Below are positions 1 to 9,171 of a stretch of DNA of 64,000 nucleotides, one piece after another. The stretch lies in NCBI GenBank assembly GCA_046293075.1, contig JBKBPL010000002.1, positions 82,595-146,594 on the forward strand. The letters are read 5' to 3'. A program made the translations under genes and the position numbers. How positions within the stretch are numbered: position 1 is the stretch's first letter; each line of letters opens with the position of its first letter. Under the pieces are notes generated by a model, which worked only from the letters and a program-made list of their open reading frames with translations, made no database searches and was not told where the DNA came from. The stretch is from Hyphomicrobiaceae bacterium (GTDB lineage: Bacteria > Pseudomonadota > Alphaproteobacteria > Rhizobiales > Hyphomicrobiaceae).

Positions 1-1
1 C

Positions 2-928
2 GACATCTCGCGCCTCGATGCCGGCAAGCTCGAGCCCGAGAAGAGACCGATCGCGCTGGGCGAGCTCATGTCGCAACTGGCGCTTGCGTTCGAGCCAATG
101 GCGCGGGCCAAGGGGCTTGAGCTGCGGGTTGTCGCGACCCGGGCGCTCGTCCATTCCGACCCACGGCTGTTGCGGCGGGTCCTGCAGAACCTGCTCTCCA
201 ATGCCATCAAGTATACCTCCCGCGGCAAGGTGCTTTTCGGTGTCCGGCCACGGGGCGATCGGGTCGAGATCCAGGTCTGGGACTCGGGGCCTGGTATAGA
301 GCCCGCACAGCAGGCACTCGTGTTCAAGGAGTTCCACCGTCTTGCCGAGACCGCGGCCTCCGAGCGCGGTCTCGGGCTCGGGCTCTCGATCGTCGAGCGT
401 ATCGGACGCGTGCTCGAGGCGCCGATAAGGCTGCGCTCCACCCCGGGCAAGGGGTCGCTCTTCTCGGTAAGCCTGCCGCGCGCATCCGGTGTCGCGGCAC
501 ACAGCCGCACGGCCGGGCTGCCTCTGGCGGTCGGTGATATCCGCTACCTGAAGGTTCTCTGCATTGATAACGAAAGCGATGTGCTGCATGGCATGAGGGC
601 GCTTCTCGACGGCTGGGGCTGCCAGTCGGTGATGGCCGCGAGCACCGAGGAAGCGCTGGCGCGCCTCGACCAGATGGATGGTCCGCCGAGCGTCGTCCTC
701 GTCGACTATCATCTTCATTCGGGGACGGGCGTCGATGCGGTGAAGGCGATCTCGGCCGCTCTCGGCCGCGATCTCCCGGTCGTCGTGATCACTGCCGACC
801 ACTCACTGGAAGTGCAGCGAGAGATCCGGGAGATGGGCTTCGTGATGCTGCGCAAGCCGCTCAAGGCGGCCCAGCTCCGCGCCATTCTCTCGCGCATTTC
901 GATGCAGAGCCGGGCCGCGGCCGAGTGA
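2..928 (+). CDS. Hybrid sensor histidine kinase, C-terminal part (ATPase domain + receiver domain); 5' end lies upstream of the window
   Basis: Frame 2 is open from nt 2 (DISRLDAGKLEPEK...). ATP-lid motifs are present (LLSNAIKYT, WDSGPGI, GLGLGLSIVERI). A receiver domain follows (LCIDNE...VVLVDYHL...MLRKPL). Stop at 926-928. Confidence 0.85.
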   Translation, partial: DISRLDAGKLEPEKRPIALGELMSQLALAFEPMARAKGLELRVVATRALVHSDPRLLRRVLQNLLSNAIKYTSRGKVLFGVRPRGDRVEIQVWDSGPGIEPAQQALVFKEFHRLAETAASERGLGLGLSIVERIGRVLEAPIRLRSTPGKGSLFSVSLPRASGVAAHSRTAGLPLAVGDIRYLKVLCIDNESDVLHGMRALLDGWGCQSVMAASTEEALARLDQMDGPPSVVLVDYHLHSGTGVDAVKAISAALGRDLPVVVITADHSLEVQREIREMGFVMLRKPLKAAQLRAILSRISMQSRAAAE

Positions 929-937
929 ATTGTCCCG

Positions 938-1591
938 TTACACCTTCGGGCTGCGCCAGTCGCCCTCAATGCGATTGATGGCGATGACGGCCTGGGTCCG
1001 GCTATCGACGTCGAGTTTCTGCAGGATCGCGGAGACGTGCGCCTTGATCGTCGCCTCCGAGACCCCGAGCTGGTAGGCGATCTGCTTGTTGAGAAGGCCC
1101 TGGCCGAGCATCATCAGGACGCGCACCTGCTGTGGCGTGAGGGTCGACAGGCGCGCCACGACATCGTCAGCGTGGCTGCCGGCAGGACGGGAGAGGTCGA
1201 TGTCCGAAGGCACCCAAATGTCGCCGCCGAGCACAGTTTCCACTGCGGTACGGATCTCCTCGACGGACAGCGATTTCGGCACGTAGCCGGACGCGCCGAA
1301 CTCCATGCACTTGCGGATCGTCTCCGGGTCATCATGCGCGGAGACGACCACGACCGGGATGTCGGGGTGCTGCGCGCGCAGCAGCAGAAGGCCGGAAAGG
1401 CCCTGAACGCCCGGCATCGCCAGGTCGAGCAGCACAAGGTCCGTGTCGGCGCGCTCTGCGAGCAGGGCCTCGAGATCAGCGAGCGAGGCGGCCTGATCGA
1501 TGTGCGCGCCGCCAATGGCCGAGTGAAGCGCCTGGCTCAGGGCGCCACGAAACAGCGGATGATCGTCAACGACGATGATACGGGTGGCCAT
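938..1591 (-). CDS. LuxR/FixJ (NarL)-family two-component response regulator
   Basis: N-terminal receiver (MATRIIVVDDHPLFRG...LVLLDLAMPG) and C-terminal LuxR HTH (LTPQQVRVLMMLGQGLLNKQIAYQLGVSEATIKAHV). The ATG at 1591 has GGAGG 8 nt upstream. The ORF track extends to a GTG at 1606. Confidence 0.9.
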   Translation of the reverse strand: MATRIIVVDDHPLFRGALSQALHSAIGGAHIDQAASLADLEALLAERADTDLVLLDLAMPGVQGLSGLLLLRAQHPDIPVVVVSAHDDPETIRKCMEFGASGYVPKSLSVEEIRTAVETVLGGDIWVPSDIDLSRPAGSHADDVVARLSTLTPQQVRVLMMLGQGLLNKQIAYQLGVSEATIKAHVSAILQKLDVDSRTQAVIAINRIEGDWRSPKV

Positions 1592-1730
1592 CGACCGAGC
1601 CTCCACCGAGGTAGCCGCGCCTTGAGACTCGCGTTGCGGCCCTCCCTCCGCGGCATCTTCAACAGGAGCGGCGTGAAGAACTAGCGCGTTTTCGCCGTCT
1701 TGGCTAATATTTGCACGGATGGTTCAGGAG

Positions 1731-1754
1731 CCGGCGCGCTGTCGAGCGCGCCGG
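1731..1754. other. Perfect 10-bp GC inverted repeat (CCGGCGCGCT-gtcg-AGCGCGCCGG) in the divergent regulator/transporter promoter region
   Basis: Read directly from the sequence. No U-tract on either side, so it is not a classical terminator. Possibly a 5'-UTR hairpin or an operator. Confidence 0.4.
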
Positions 1755-1875
1755 AATACGGTCTGCGCAACCCAGGTCGCCGCACGCCGACCACAATGCC
1801 CGGACATCTGTCGCGGCAGGCGAGCTGCAGACCTCGGCCGGGCGGCGCCGCGGGATACCCGGAGGAGAAGGGCGC

Positions 1876-2136
1876 ATGATCGAGCGCAAGGAACGCCGGC
1901 CCTATTGGCGACACACGAAATGGCAAATGATGGCAAGTTTGCTGCCGTTTCTCCTGGTGGTCATCGTGCTGCCGCTCTATGCCGAGCAGCTCAACAGCAC
2001 GCGGGTGATCGGCTTTCCCTGGGGCTATTTCCTCCTCGCCCATGGCATCGGTGCCCTCGCGCTCATCACTGTCGCCTCATTTGCCAACCGCCAGGACGTC
2101 ATCGACCGCTGGCATGGTGCTCATGAGGACGGCTGA
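1876..2136 (+). CDS. DUF4212 protein (putative small subunit of a solute:sodium symporter)
   Basis: 86 aa with two TM segments (MIERKERRPYWRHTKW...FPWGYFLLAHG). GGAGGAG RBS lies 6-12 nt upstream of the ATG at 1876. It sits immediately upstream of an SSS-family permease, the usual pairing for this family. Confidence 0.8.
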   Translation: MIERKERRPYWRHTKWQMMASLLPFLLVVIVLPLYAEQLNSTRVIGFPWGYFLLAHGIGALALITVASFANRQDVIDRWHGAHEDG

Positions 2137-2226
2137 CGGCGCAAAGAGCGTCTCAATCCTCGAGCCTTGAGGCGAGCGTCGTCCACGGGCTCGAGTGCCT
2201 CCTGCGTGAGCTGATCCGGATCGCCG

Positions 2227-4065
2227 ATGTCCCTTACGCCAAGTCGCCACCTCGTCAACCCGCTGCTCGGCGTCTACTTTGGCATTTTTTCGAGCCTGCT
2301 CGTCGGCATCGTGCTGATGGCGCTCATGCTGGAGCAGCTCGGCCTTGAAGACTGGCTGCTGCGCGCCCTCATTGCCGGCGGCCTCGTCGCGCTCCTCGCC
2401 GGGCTTGCTGTGGCGACGCGCACGAACGCCATGTTCGAGCTGCTCTTTGCCGGCCGGCGCGTCCCGGCGGTGTTCACCGGCCTCACGCTCTCTGTGACGC
2501 TGCTTGGTGGCACAACCCTGGCGGCGCTGCCGGGGCTCTTCTACCTGATCGGCTTCGACGCCCTTTTTCTGACCGTCGGCATGACGACCGGGCTCGTGGT
2601 CTTCGCCATCCTTATCGCCCCCTACATTCGCAAGTTCGGTGCCTATTCCGTGCCCGCCTATCTGGGCCTGCGCTTCGCGAGCCCGCTGCTGCGCGTGGTC
2701 GCGGCGGCGATCGCGAGCGTGCCGCTGCTGCTCCTCATCGTCGCCGAGCTCAAGGTCGCGCTGATGGCGGGGAGCTGGCTGACCGGGGCATCGCCGCTCG
2801 CGCTGGGGATCGCGCTGTCGCTGCTGCTGGCGCTTGTGCTGGTGAGCGGGGGGCTGCGCTCACTGAGCTGGACGAGCGCGGCGCAGGCCATTGTCATGCT
2901 GCTCGCCGTGCTGGTCCCGGTTGTGATCGTGGCGATCCTGATGCAGCATCTGCCGGTTCCGCAGCTGAGCCACGGCCGCGTCACGCGGACGCTGCTGCGG
3001 GCGGAGATACTGCAGAACATTCCCAATGCCTTCGCTGACACCTTCGCGTTCGACCTGCCGGGCGCCGGTTTCGAAGCGGCCACACGGCGGTTCGCAACGC
3101 CATACTCAAACATTGGCCTCGGGGCCTTCCTGCTGTCGGTGCTCGCGGTGATGGCCGGTGTTGCCGGCCAGCCGACCCTCATTTCACGGATAACGGCGAC
3201 GCCCGGTGTCTACGCGACCCGGAAATCGGTTGCCTGGGCGATCTGCCTTGTCGGCCTGGTGTTCCTCACCATGTCGGCCGCGGGTGTCTTCCTGCGTGAG
3301 ATCGTGGTGACTGGCGTTGCCGGACTGCCGGCCGGACAGCTTCCGGGGTGGGTTCCGGGCCTCATCGCGCGCGAATGGGCGGCCATCGATACCGGCACCG
3401 CCAGGCTTGCCATGTCGAGTTTTGCGATCCGGCGCGATGCCGCACTCCTGGTGCTGGCGGTCGCCAACGAGGTGCCGACGGCGCTCATCTACACGACCAT
3501 TGCCGGGCTGCTCGCGGCGGCGCTGGCGGCTGCCGCGGCCGGGCTTTCGACGCTCGGCACGATCCTCGCCGAGGACATCGTCAACGGGCCACGGAGCGAA
3601 CTCGCAGCCGACGGCGTGCGCCGGACGGTGCTGCGGCTTGTCTTCGTGGCCTTGACGTTGGTCGGCGGCTGGGTGGCGCTCGTGACGCCGGGCGACCCGC
3701 TCGAGCTTCTCATGTGGTCGCTGGCGCTCAGCGGCTCGACCCTCTTCCCCGTGCTGCTCATCTCCATCTGGTGGAAACGGTGCAATGGCTGGGGTGCCAC
3801 GATGGGGCTGCTCGTCGGGTTTGGCGTTGCCGTCATCGGCATTCTCAGCGGTGATCTCGCGCACGGCTTGGCGGGGCCCATGGCCGCTGCACTCGGCGCG
3901 CCGGCGGCGATGATTGCCGTCGGGGTCGGAAGCCTCCTGACGCCGCCGCCCGGCAGGCATGTTCTGGAACTCGTGCGTGATTTGCGCATCCCGGGCGGCG
4001 ATACGCTCTATGATCGCGAGGTGCGCCAGACCCTCGTCGAACGGCGCCGGCACGTTGTGGGATAG
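2227..4065 (+). CDS. Sodium:solute symporter (SSS) family permease, of the subfamily that pairs with DUF4212 (cation/monocarboxylate symporter-like)
   Basis: 612 aa, polytopic and hydrophobic throughout. It follows the DUF4212 gene by 90 nt. The subfamily assignment rests mainly on this context. Confidence 0.75.
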   Translation: MSLTPSRHLVNPLLGVYFGIFSSLLVGIVLMALMLEQLGLEDWLLRALIAGGLVALLAGLAVATRTNAMFELLFAGRRVPAVFTGLTLSVTLLGGTTLAALPGLFYLIGFDALFLTVGMTTGLVVFAILIAPYIRKFGAYSVPAYLGLRFASPLLRVVAAAIASVPLLLLIVAELKVALMAGSWLTGASPLALGIALSLLLALVLVSGGLRSLSWTSAAQAIVMLLAVLVPVVIVAILMQHLPVPQLSHGRVTRTLLRAEILQNIPNAFADTFAFDLPGAGFEAATRRFATPYSNIGLGAFLLSVLAVMAGVAGQPTLISRITATPGVYATRKSVAWAICLVGLVFLTMSAAGVFLREIVVTGVAGLPAGQLPGWVPGLIAREWAAIDTGTARLAMSSFAIRRDAALLVLAVANEVPTALIYTTIAGLLAAALAAAAAGLSTLGTILAEDIVNGPRSELAADGVRRTVLRLVFVALTLVGGWVALVTPGDPLELLMWSLALSGSTLFPVLLISIWWKRCNGWGATMGLLVGFGVAVIGILSGDLAHGLAGPMAAALGAPAAMIAVGVGSLLTPPPGRHVLELVRDLRIPGGDTLYDREVRQTLVERRRHVVG

Positions 4066-4114
4066 CCACGAGTGGCGCGCGTCTTGCCCGGCGGGGTGGG
4101 GTTGAGGAGCAGGG

Positions 4115-5080
4115 ATGTCGGCACGCGAGCAATTCGGCCTCTATGCACCGATCGAACCGTACCGGACCGGTCGCCTTCCTGTCGGCGACGGGCACGAGGT
4201 CTATTTCGAGGAATGCGGCAACCGCGACGGCAAGCCGGTCCTCCTCGTGCACGGCGGTCCTGGAGGCGGGAGCAACCCGACCATGCGCCGCTATCATGAC
4301 CCGGCGCACTATCGCATCATCCTGTTCGATCAGCGCGGGTGCGGGCGCTCGACGCCGCACGCAAGCCTTGACGAGAACACCACGCCGCATCTCCTCGACG
4401 ACATGGAGCGGCTTCGCCGCCACCTGGAGATCGAGCGCTGGCAGCTCATGGGTGGGTCATGGGGCGCAACGCTCGCCATTGCCTATGCCGAGCGCTATCC
4501 GGAGCGCGTCCGCGAGCTGGTCCTGAGGGGGATCTTCCTGCTCCGCGAGGCGGAGATCCACTGGTTCTACGAGGACGGCTGCAGCTGGCTCTTCCCCGAG
4601 GCCTACGAGACGTTCCTGTCCGTACTGCCGGAGGACGAGCGCCATGACCCGCTTCCGGCCTACCATCGCCGCCTGACGCATCCGGATCCGCGCATCCAGA
4701 TCGAAGCGGCGCGGGCATGGTGCATCTGGGAGGCGTCGACGATGGCACTTCGGCCCGACCCCATGCGGCTGCGCGCCTTTTCGTCGGATTCCTACGCCCT
4801 CGCCTTCGCGCGCATCGAATGTCACTATTTTATGAACAGGGGCTTTCTGGAGGCCGACGGCCAGCTCCTTCGGGACGCCCATCGCCTCGCCGGCATCCCA
4901 GGGGCCATCATCCAGGGTCGCTACGATGTCGTCACGCCGGCGCGGAGCGCCGTCGAGCTGTATCGTGCTTGGCCGGGGTCATCGCTGCATATCGTTCCCG
5001 ACGCCGGACATGCCATGACCGAGCCCGGGATCATCCATGAGCTCGTCGCCGCAACCCGGGCCTTCAGCAGGCGGGACTAA
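4115..5080 (+). CDS. pip: Prolyl aminopeptidase (proline iminopeptidase)
   Basis: HGGPGGG oxyanion motif, GGSWG nucleophile elbow, typical N-terminus (YAPIEPYRTGRLPVGDGHEVYFEECGN). GAGGAG RBS. Confidence 0.9.
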   Translation: MSAREQFGLYAPIEPYRTGRLPVGDGHEVYFEECGNRDGKPVLLVHGGPGGGSNPTMRRYHDPAHYRIILFDQRGCGRSTPHASLDENTTPHLLDDMERLRRHLEIERWQLMGGSWGATLAIAYAERYPERVRELVLRGIFLLREAEIHWFYEDGCSWLFPEAYETFLSVLPEDERHDPLPAYHRRLTHPDPRIQIEAARAWCIWEASTMALRPDPMRLRAFSSDSYALAFARIECHYFMNRGFLEADGQLLRDAHRLAGIPGAIIQGRYDVVTPARSAVELYRAWPGSSLHIVPDAGHAMTEPGIIHELVAATRAFSRRD

Positions 5081-5131
5081 TCGGGATGCTAAGCCGCGGC
5101 GATGGCCAGGTGATGGTTGCCCGATGAGCCT

Positions 5132-5512
5132 TCAGCCCATGCGGGCGTCGCCGGCACCGCGATCTGCCCGGCGCGAGCGGTCGCCGCCACGTTCCTCGGC
5201 AGAAGCCGCGATCTCGAGCTCGGCGAGCGCCTCGTCGCGAACCGCCACGGCCTGCTCAAGCTTCTCGCGCAGATCGGCAATGGAGGCGCGCAGGTTATTG
5301 CGCCGCTGGGCGGCCGCTCGTGCGAACGTCGAGTAGGCGAAGTGCGCTTCGTTACGGATGCCGGTACGCTCTTCCTCGCTAGCAATCTGGTGATCGAGGT
5401 CGGCAGCCATCTGCTCGAACTCGGTGATCATGGCTTCGATGTCCGCCACCTTCCGGCGCTTTTCCTCGGCCTCGAAGCGCTTCAGCTTCAGCGCACCGTC
5501 GCGGGACTTCAT
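5132..5512 (-). CDS. FliJ-like coiled-coil protein (flagellar export chaperone family as commonly annotated beside ctrA in Rhizobiales)
   Basis: 126 aa, all helical/coiled-coil. The N-terminus MKSRDGALKLKRFEAEEKRRKV...HFAYSTFARAA resembles the short FliJ-type proteins found next to ctrA. This is recognition by memory of the family, not a search. Confidence 0.55.
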   Translation of the reverse strand: MKSRDGALKLKRFEAEEKRRKVADIEAMITEFEQMAADLDHQIASEEERTGIRNEAHFAYSTFARAAAQRRNNLRASIADLREKLEQAVAVRDEALAELEIAASAEERGGDRSRRADRGAGDARMG

Positions 5513-6244
5513 GACCGTCTACCCCCTACTCCTGAGCATCGGCAGGTCTCGATCCGCAAGACCGCCAAGATACACGCTCAACGCCCGGCTTGCATCGCCT
5601 CGAAGCGGGGCAACGCAAACCATATGTAATAATAATATATTACACCGTCTTGGCCGCCGCGCAGCTCTGGCAGCACCTGACGCATGCGTGGTGCTGATGA
5701 TCTGCGTTACCGCCTGCGCAGGCCGGCTCAGCATCAGTATCCAACGAACGCATTAAGTTGCCGTTTCGCAACGCCTGAATCGCTTCGCACTCGCACGTGC
5801 CATTTTCGATCACCAGGCGAGCACTGTGCGCTTCAGCAACCTGTGCAAATCATGTAGTAACCAATTTAGGGGGTTGCATGCGGACAAACAAGTCACGGCA
5901 ACGGCTTGGGTCGTCTGCATGGTCGGCGTGAGGTTCGCGATCCAGCGACATCTCTGAGCTGCTGAGTACGGCTAGGATGGCCTGCCGCACTATGTAATTG
6001 CTTGTGCGGATACTTGGCATTACTGAGGATTAGGCCCTGTGACAGCATGTCGCCGCGTTGGAGACTGGGTGTTGTCAGCGAAGTGAAGGGCCGGCGTCTC
6101 AGAAAGAGCATTCCTGTAATCGACCATTAGGTTTTGTTAACCTCTCGAAAGTAATGTGCAAGTTATGAACTTGCTGAGTGCAATGGCGTACTCTTCACAA
6201 TCGGGGCAGCGGACCTTCTAAGGGGTCATGGAAGAGAGGTTGGC

Positions 6245-6943
6245 ATGCGAGTCCTTCTCATCGAGGATGACAGCGCCACGGCGCAAAGCATCGAATTGAT
6301 GCTGCAGTCGGAGGGTTTCAATGTTTACACGACGAGTACCGGTGAGGAAGGCGTCGATCTCGGCAAGATTTATGACTACGACATCATTTTGCTCGATATC
6401 AACTTGCCCGACATGAGCGGATACGAGGTCCTCAAGACCCTCCGCGTCAGCAAGGTTCAGACGCCGATCCTCATACTGTCAGGGCTTGCGGGCATCGACG
6501 ACAAGGTGCGCGGGCTCGGTTTCGGCGCCGACGACTACATGACCAAGCCGTTCCACAAGAACGAGCTCATTGCCCGCATTCAGGCCATCGTGCGGCGCTC
6601 GAAGGGGCATGCCCAGTCGGTCATTGAGACCGGAGAGCTCAGGGTCAACCTCGATACCAAGACAGTCGAGGTCAACGGGCAGCGCGTGCATCTGACGGGC
6701 AAGGAATATCAGATGCTTGAGCTGCTTTCGCTGCGCAAAGGCACGACCCTGACAAAGGAGATGTTCCTGAACCACCTCTACGGCGGCATGGACGAGCCGG
6801 AGCTCAAGATCATCGACGTTTTCATCTGTAAGCTGCGCAAGAAGCTGCAGACGGCAACCGGCGGTAAGCACTACATCGAGACCGTCTGGGGCCGCGGCTA
6901 CGTGCTGAGAGAGCCGGGTGACGGCAAGACGGCCGCCGCCTGA
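6245..6943 (+). CDS. ctrA: Cell-cycle master response regulator CtrA (OmpR family)
   Basis: [30 protein letters not shown]...[37 protein letters not shown]...[10 protein letters not shown]. Near-identical in pattern to known CtrA proteins. Confidence 0.95.
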   Translation: MRVLLIEDDSATAQSIELMLQSEGFNVYTTSTGEEGVDLGKIYDYDIILLDINLPDMSGYEVLKTLRVSKVQTPILILSGLAGIDDKVRGLGFGADDYMTKPFHKNELIARIQAIVRRSKGHAQSVIETGELRVNLDTKTVEVNGQRVHLTGKEYQMLELLSLRKGTTLTKEMFLNHLYGGMDEPELKIIDVFICKLRKKLQTATGGKHYIETVWGRGYVLREPGDGKTAAA

Positions 6944-7003
6944 TCTGGTTCTTCTGCGGCGTGCCGGCCGACCCGCGGGCGGCTAGGCGACGGCCGTGCG
7001 ATC

Positions 7004-7031
7004 AGGGCGCCCGCCGCGGGCGCCCTTTCGC
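7004..7031 (+). terminator. Rho-independent terminator-like hairpin downstream of ctrA
   Basis: AGGGCGCCCG-ccg-CGGGCGCCCT, a 10-bp stem followed by TTTCGCTT. It begins 61 nt after the ctrA stop. Confidence 0.6.
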
Positions 7032-7144
7032 TTGCCTTGATTTCGCGCCTCCGCCTTGCTGCCGCGGGGGCTTTCTGCGATACTTTTATTAATCTGGTGG
7101 CGGCAGTAGTACGACTGCGCCCGACCCCCAAGGAGTCCTGCATA

Positions 7145-7387
7145 ATGGGTACATTCAGCGTCTGGCACTGGCTGATCTTCCTGGCGATCGCCCTTTTGCT
7201 TTTCGGCGGTAGCGGGAAGATCTCATCCATCATGGGCGACGTCGCCAAAGGCATCAAGAGCTTCAAGAAGGGCATGGCGGAGGACGACGACGTCGCTGCG
7301 GCGACGGACGCGCCCAAGAAGCTCGAGGGTAAGGCGCCCGAGACGCAGCCGGCAAGCGGCTCGTCGACCGGAACGAAGGTCGGCTAG
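7145..7387 (+). CDS. tatA: Twin-arginine translocase subunit TatA
   Basis: [52 protein letters not shown] upstream of the ATG at 7145. Confidence 0.9.
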   Translation: MGTFSVWHWLIFLAIALLLFGGSGKISSIMGDVAKGIKSFKKGMAEDDDVAAATDAPKKLEGKAPETQPASGSSTGTKVG

Positions 7388-7579
7388 CCCCGGGCCGCGG
7401 CGCGCGGTTGCGTCTGCGCCGCGATCGAGAACGGCGCCTCGGCGGGGCAGCCGGCGCAGGTGGCATGGCACAGGGCCTTGCAATAGCGCAGGCCACGGGC
7501 GGGATGCAGGGCGTCGCGAGACGTGGGGGCGCGGCTGCAACTTTGACGCGTCGTCGGGACTGCACTACAGAAAGCGATC

Positions 7580-8188
7580 ATGTTCGATCTCACGTCAGGC
7601 AAGCTGCTGCTGCTGGCTATCGTGGCCCTGATCGTGCTCGGCCCGAAGGATTTTCCGATCCTGCTCCGCACGATCGGAAGGTATATGGGCATGATCAAGC
7701 GGCAGGCCGACGAGTTTCGCGCCCAGTTTGACGAGGCCATGCGCGAGAGCGAGCTCGAGCAGCTCAAGAAGGACGTTGAAGGGCTCGGTCAGGACCTCGA
7801 CCAGTCGATGCGCGAGACGGAGCAGTCCATCTCCAGCGATCTCAGCAGCCTCACGAAGGACATTGACGGCATCAGGTCGGACGTGGAGGCTCAGCTCGGC
7901 GATCCGCTGCTGACATCGCCGCAATCAGCCGGCCACACGCCCGACGGCGTCCGGGGCCCCGGAACCGAAAGCTCGGCGGAGGCGCCGCCCGAGCCGCTGA
8001 TCCCGGATCCGGACGCCCATGATGCGAACGGGGTGCCGATCCGGCCGATCGCGGAGGCCCCGCTCGTCGCCTCTGCCGCACCGGAGCCCGTGCCCGCCCA
8101 CGGCGATCGCAGCAGCCTCAACGGCAGTGGGGCCCACTCGGGCCCAGCGGCAGGCGCTGCGGAGACCTCACCAAAGAGCGGGGCCTGA
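7580..8188 (+). CDS. tatB: Twin-arginine translocase subunit TatB
   Basis: MFDLTSGKLLLLAIVALIVLGPKDFPILLRTIGRYMGMIKRQADEFRAQF, followed by a long acidic/Pro-rich tail. Confidence 0.85.
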   Translation: MFDLTSGKLLLLAIVALIVLGPKDFPILLRTIGRYMGMIKRQADEFRAQFDEAMRESELEQLKKDVEGLGQDLDQSMRETEQSISSDLSSLTKDIDGIRSDVEAQLGDPLLTSPQSAGHTPDGVRGPGTESSAEAPPEPLIPDPDAHDANGVPIRPIAEAPLVASAAPEPVPAHGDRSSLNGSGAHSGPAAGAAETSPKSGA

Positions 8189-8195
8189 ATCTGGC

Positions 8196-8999
8196 ATGAC
8201 CGACACGTTGAAGCGCGAGGGACAGGACGAAATCGACGCCTCCCGTGCGCCACTGATCGAGCATCTGACGGAACTGCGGCAGCGGCTGATCTATTCGCTG
8301 ATCGCCTTCTTCGCGACGTTCGTCATCTGCTTCTTTTTTGCCAAGCCGATCTACAACATACTTGTCTGGCCGTTCGTGCGCGTCGTCGGCGCCGAGAATG
8401 CCAAGCTGATCGCCACGCATTTCCTCGAGCAGCTCTTCACCAATATCAAGCTGGCCATGTTCGGGGCCGCGTTCCTGTCCTTTCCGGTCGTGGCGGTGCA
8501 GATCTACAAATTCGTCGCCCCGGGGCTCTACAAAAACGAGCGCAGTGCCTTCGTTCCCTACTTGATCGCGACGCCGGTCCTCTTCGTGCTCGGCTCGTTG
8601 GTCGTTTACTTCATTGTCCTGCCGCTGTTGATCCAGTTCTCACTCGAGATCACGCCACAAACAGGCGGCAACGGGCAGGCGACCATTGAGCTGCTGCCCA
8701 AGGTCTCCGAGTACTTGTCGCTCGTCATGACGCTTGTCCTGGGGTTCGGGATCATCTTCCAGCTCCCGGTGATTGTGACCCTGCTGGCACGGGCGGGCGT
8801 CTTCGGCGCCGCCGCAATGCGGACCGCGCGGCGCTATGCCATCGTGGGCATCGCGGGCCTTTCGGCGGTGCTCTCCCCGCCGGATCCCTTCAGCATGATC
8901 GCCATGATGCTGCCGACCATCCTCCTCTACGAGGTCTCCATCTGGATCGTCGACCGCATCGAGAAAGATCGCCTGGCCAAGGAGGCGAAGGCTGAGTAG
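8196..8999 (+). CDS. tatC: Twin-arginine translocase subunit TatC
   Basis: The internal ATG at 8196 gives MTDTLKREGQDEIDASRAPLIEHLTELRQRLIYSLIAF..., with six TM segments and the conserved PLIEHLxELR start motif. Confidence 0.9.
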   Translation: MTDTLKREGQDEIDASRAPLIEHLTELRQRLIYSLIAFFATFVICFFFAKPIYNILVWPFVRVVGAENAKLIATHFLEQLFTNIKLAMFGAAFLSFPVVAVQIYKFVAPGLYKNERSAFVPYLIATPVLFVLGSLVVYFIVLPLLIQFSLEITPQTGGNGQATIELLPKVSEYLSLVMTLVLGFGIIFQLPVIVTLLARAGVFGAAAMRTARRYAIVGIAGLSAVLSPPDPFSMIAMMLPTILLYEVSIWIVDRIEKDRLAKEAKAE

Positions 9000-9171
9000 G
9001 CGCATTTTGTGCGGCCCATCGGCTAACGCATTATATTTATTGACAGTTCACCGTGAGGCGGGGCCCGCTCCGTCTCATCTTGGCGGCCGCTCAGTGCGAG
9101 GCCCCGGTGGAACATGCTCGGCTAGCCACCGGAGCTGTTAACCAGCTTGAACATCTATCGCCAATATATTG

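Noticed and set aside
1701-1715. A sigma-54-like promoter, TGGCTAATATTTGCA, upstream of the DUF4212/SSS genes.
   Set aside because: The GG and GC dinucleotides are separated by 9 nt instead of the invariant 10 (GG-N10-GC). The adjacent regulator is LuxR-type, not an enhancer-binding protein.
5893-6111. A 72-aa minus-strand ORF inside the ctrA upstream region.
   Set aside because: No RBS, an Arg/Pro/Ser-rich sequence and no recognisable fold. The region is more plausibly regulatory DNA.
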